From contig NC_043019.1 of assembly GCF_006345805.1 (NCBI RefSeq), positions 15,995,360 to 16,059,359 on the forward strand: DNA of 64,000 nt. Reading direction: 5' to 3'. Below the pieces are notes generated by a model that searched no databases, was not told where the DNA came from, and saw only the letters and a program-made list of their open reading frames with translations. The first letter of the stretch is position 1, and the number at the start of each line of letters is the position of its first letter. The stretch comes from Octopus sinensis (lineage: Eukaryota). Positions 60,837 to 64,000 of this stretch are shown in pieces. The translations under genes were made by a program, and so were the position numbers.

Positions 60837-60950
60837 ATATATATGAAAAAACAGTCAAAAATAGAAAATGCTAAGATGATTTTATAGTGAATCTTTCACT
60901 ATAAAATCCTCTTAGCATTTTCTATTTTTGACTTGTTTTTTCATATATAT
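60837..60950. repeat. ~114-bp palindrome inserted in the (TA)n of unit 3 only
   Basis: ATATATGAAAAAAC(A)AGTCAAAAATAGAAAATGCTAAGA(T/G)GATTTTATAGTGAA arms with a TCT loop, 1 mismatch and 1 indel. Absent from units 1, 2 and 4. Confidence 0.9.
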
Positions 60951-60952
60951 AT

Positions 60953-60989
<37 letters not shown>

Positions 60990-61126
60990 TGTGTGTGTGT
61001 GCATATGTTCATACATATAAACAAAGAGACACACATATATGGAGCAGTTTGTATACTGTCAACTTCATGGGACTGTCACATTAAGTTGACAGTATACAAC
61101 TGCTGTATCTAATATTTATATTTATA

Positions 61127-61183
<57 letters not shown>

Positions 61184-61992
61184 CATAGCTGTACACACGT
61201 GTATGCATGTGAATGTAAGCTTAGACATAAGGAGAGAAGAAATATAGAGAAGTGCAGGAGTGACCTGAAAGACACTTTCAAGAAATAATTTAATTTTCTT
61301 TCACATTTCAACGAATTTAATAAGATATTCTACGTTTACTTCAAACTTGATGTCTTCGCGAACAGAACAGAAATTCTCATCTCCAAATATCAACACCAAA
61401 GACTGATAAGCGATTGAACATACCAGTTTCCTCTTTAGAAAGCGGTCTTTTCTTACTTATGATAGATGAGTGGCTAATTACAGTTTTATAAAGATGTAAT
61501 GAGTATTTTTTAATGAAGTTAATAGGGAACTTTACCTTCAATGCTGACATGAGACGTCTCCTTCGTTGAGAGTGCAGGAACCAACTGATACGACTCAAAG
61601 ACGATGGTTTAGCTTAGAAAGTTATCGTCTGCTAAAACTGGAAGAAAGGAAAATTCGGTTGTTTCCGGATAATTCCGGTTTGAACTTCGTTTGTGAAATA
61701 ACTGTGAGTGAGTGAGTGAGTGAGTGTGTGGGTATGTGTGTGTGTGAGAGAGAGAGAGGAGAGAAGAGAGGGAGGTAGAAGAGGGAGCGAGAAGAGATAG
61801 AAGAGAGGGAGAGAGAGACAGAATATATATATAGAGAAAAATAGTCTCTGTGTTAGAGAGAGAGTAAGAGAAAAGAGAGAGAGAGAAGAGAGATAGAGAG
61901 AGAGAGAAAAAAAGTGTCTGTGTTAGAGAGAGAATAAGAGAGAAAGAGAGAGAGAAGGAAGGGAGAGGAGAGAGAGAGAAAGAGTGAAAGAT

Positions 61993-62474
61993 AGGGATAT
62001 AAAAACATCTTCTCCCATAGAACAACCGGTCTAAATTGTAGCCTCAATAATATGAAGCATTAAATTGTTAAACACCAACCGAAGCTAGAATGGTGGAAGC
62101 GCAGAGAGTTCCAAAGAATTTAAGAATTCAACGAAATATTTGACAGCCTCTGCCGGATCTGGAACTAAATCTATAGATATATATGGTTTTACATACCTGT
62201 ATATTTCCTGAAATACGATACAATAACTTACTATTTATGCTATTGACAGCCCTTTCACGTAAATACTTGTGATTTTGCTGGTGGTTCTGAAAATTTGGAA
62301 ACACTCTTGCTAATAAGTTCATCGAATGATGAAACTGATAAGAGATGTATCTAAATGGTCATCTTCATCAAGGAGTACCTTACCTTCTCCGTGTTCCAGT
62401 AAATTCTGAGTGATTTCTTTAGCAAAATAATTGCCCGAAAACAATTCGGCTCTCATATTCTTACTTAGGCTTAT
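61993..62474 (-). pseudogene. Helitron PIF1-helicase fragment, unit 4
   Basis: Same motifs (ORFs 62319..62804, 62128..62322), with a small extra deletion near 62338. Confidence 0.86.
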
Positions 62475-62605
62475 ACATACATATATACATACATACATAT
62501 ATACATACATATATACATACATACATACATACATACATACATACATGCATGCATGCATACATACATACATACATGCATGCATGCATACATACATACATAC
62601 ATACA

Positions 62606-62639
<34 letters not shown>

Positions 62640-62888
62640 CATAAGCATATAAGCACAAACACTTATCGATAAATATATAGATAGATATGTATGATAGTTA
62701 TATATATATATAGATAGATACATGTGTGTGTGCATATGTTCATACATATAAACATACACACACACACACATATATATAGAGCAGTTGTATACTGTCAACT
62801 TCATGGGTCTGTCACGTTAAGTTGACAGTATACATCTCCTCTATCGTCCCACCACTGCTTATATCTCTTTCAGATATTTAGAAACGTA

Positions 62889-62943
<55 letters not shown>

Positions 62944-63781
62944 ATATATATTATATATATAGCATAGCTGTACACACGCGTGTATGCATGTGAATGTAAG
63001 CTAGACATAAGGAGAGAAGAAATATAGAGAAGTGCAGGAGTGACCTGAAAGACACTTTTCAAGAAATAATTTAATTTTCTTTCACATTTTTCAACGAATT
63101 TAATAAGATATTCTACGTTCACTTCAAACTTGATGTCTTCGCGAACAGAACAGAAATTCTCATCTCCAAATATCAACACCAAAGACTGATAAGCGATTGA
63201 ACAATACCAGTTTCCTCTTTAGAAAGCGGTCTTTTCTTACTTTATGATAGATGAGTGGCTAATTACAGTTTTATAAAGATGTAATGAGTATTTTTTAATG
63301 AAGTTAATAGGGAACTTTACCTTCAATGCTGACATGAGACGTCTCCTTCGTTGAGAGTGCAGGAACCAACTGATACGACTCAAAGACGATGGTTTAGCTT
63401 AGAAAGTTATCGTCTGCTAAAACTGGAAGAAAGGAAAATTCGGTTGTTTCCGGATAATTCCGGTTTGAACTTCGTTTGTGAAATAACTGTGAGTGAGTGA
63501 GTGAGTGTGTGGGTATGTGTGTGTGTGAGATAGAGAGAGAAGAGAGAGAGAGAGAGAGGTAGAAGAGGGAGCGAGAAGAGATAGAAGAGAGGGAGAGAGA
63601 GACAGAATATATATATAGAGAAAAATAGTCTCTGTGTTAGAGAGAGAGTAAGAGAAAAGAGAGAGAGAGAAGAGAGATAGAGAGAGAGAGAAAAAAAGTG
63701 TCTGTGTTAGAGAGAGAATAAGAGAGAAAGAGAGAGAGAAGGAAGGGACAGAGAGAGAGAGAGAGAGAAAGAGTGAAAGAT

Positions 63782-64000
63782 AGGGATATCTCCCATAGAA
63801 CAACCGGTCTAAATTTTGTTAAACACCAACCGAAGCTAGCTAGAATGGTGAAGCGCAGAGAGTTCCAAAGAATTAAGAATTCAACGAATTATTTGACAGC
63901 CTCTGCAGGATCTGGAACTAAATCTATAGATATATATGGTTTTACATACCTGTATATTTCCTGAAATACGATACAATAACTTACTATTTATGCTATTGAC
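63782..64000 (-). pseudogene. Helitron PIF1-helicase fragment, unit 5 (cut by window end)
   Basis: Same sequence as the other units; shares the deletion seen in unit 3. Confidence 0.8.

Larger units (their letters stand above)
56323..64000. repeat. Tandem array of a 1.67-1.79-kb unit (4 full + 1 partial, runs off the window)
   Basis: TTCGTTGAGAGTGCAGGAACCAAC at 56323, 57995, 59768, 61562 and 63347 (periods 1672, 1773, 1794, 1785). Unique parts are nearly identical; length variation lies mostly in microsatellites. Confidence 0.97.

Overview
AT-rich, microsatellite-saturated, gene-poor animal DNA. The SINE families and repeat landscape look octopod (Octopus-like); this is an inference. No intact protein-coding gene is supported. 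1-36.6 kb is a patchwork of simple repeats and decayed mobile elements: a full-length but frameshifted Tigger/pogo transposon (748-2933), many tRNA-derived SINEs, a Tx1/L1 3' fragment, a short non-autonomous Helitron, and RTE and R4/Dong LINE remnants nested in (ATAC)n. This part also holds several fold-back elements next to (TA)n and at least five distinct type I hammerhead ribozyme motifs of the Penelope-like-element kind (25.4-33.1 kb); the one at 33017-33099 has a fully canonical core. 36.7-56.3 kb is a ~19.7-kb satellite built from 9-mers (GCAGTGAGT family). It has a 125+9n-bp higher-order unit and matching older flanks, and it starts at the internal microsatellite of a SINE. Its stop-free minus strand explains all the long His/Thr-rich ORFs. 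56.3-64 kb is a 1.7-1.8-kb tandem array (4 full units plus 1 partial). Each unit carries a decayed Helitron PIF1-helicase fragment, a 16-22-bp hairpin and exon-like segments.
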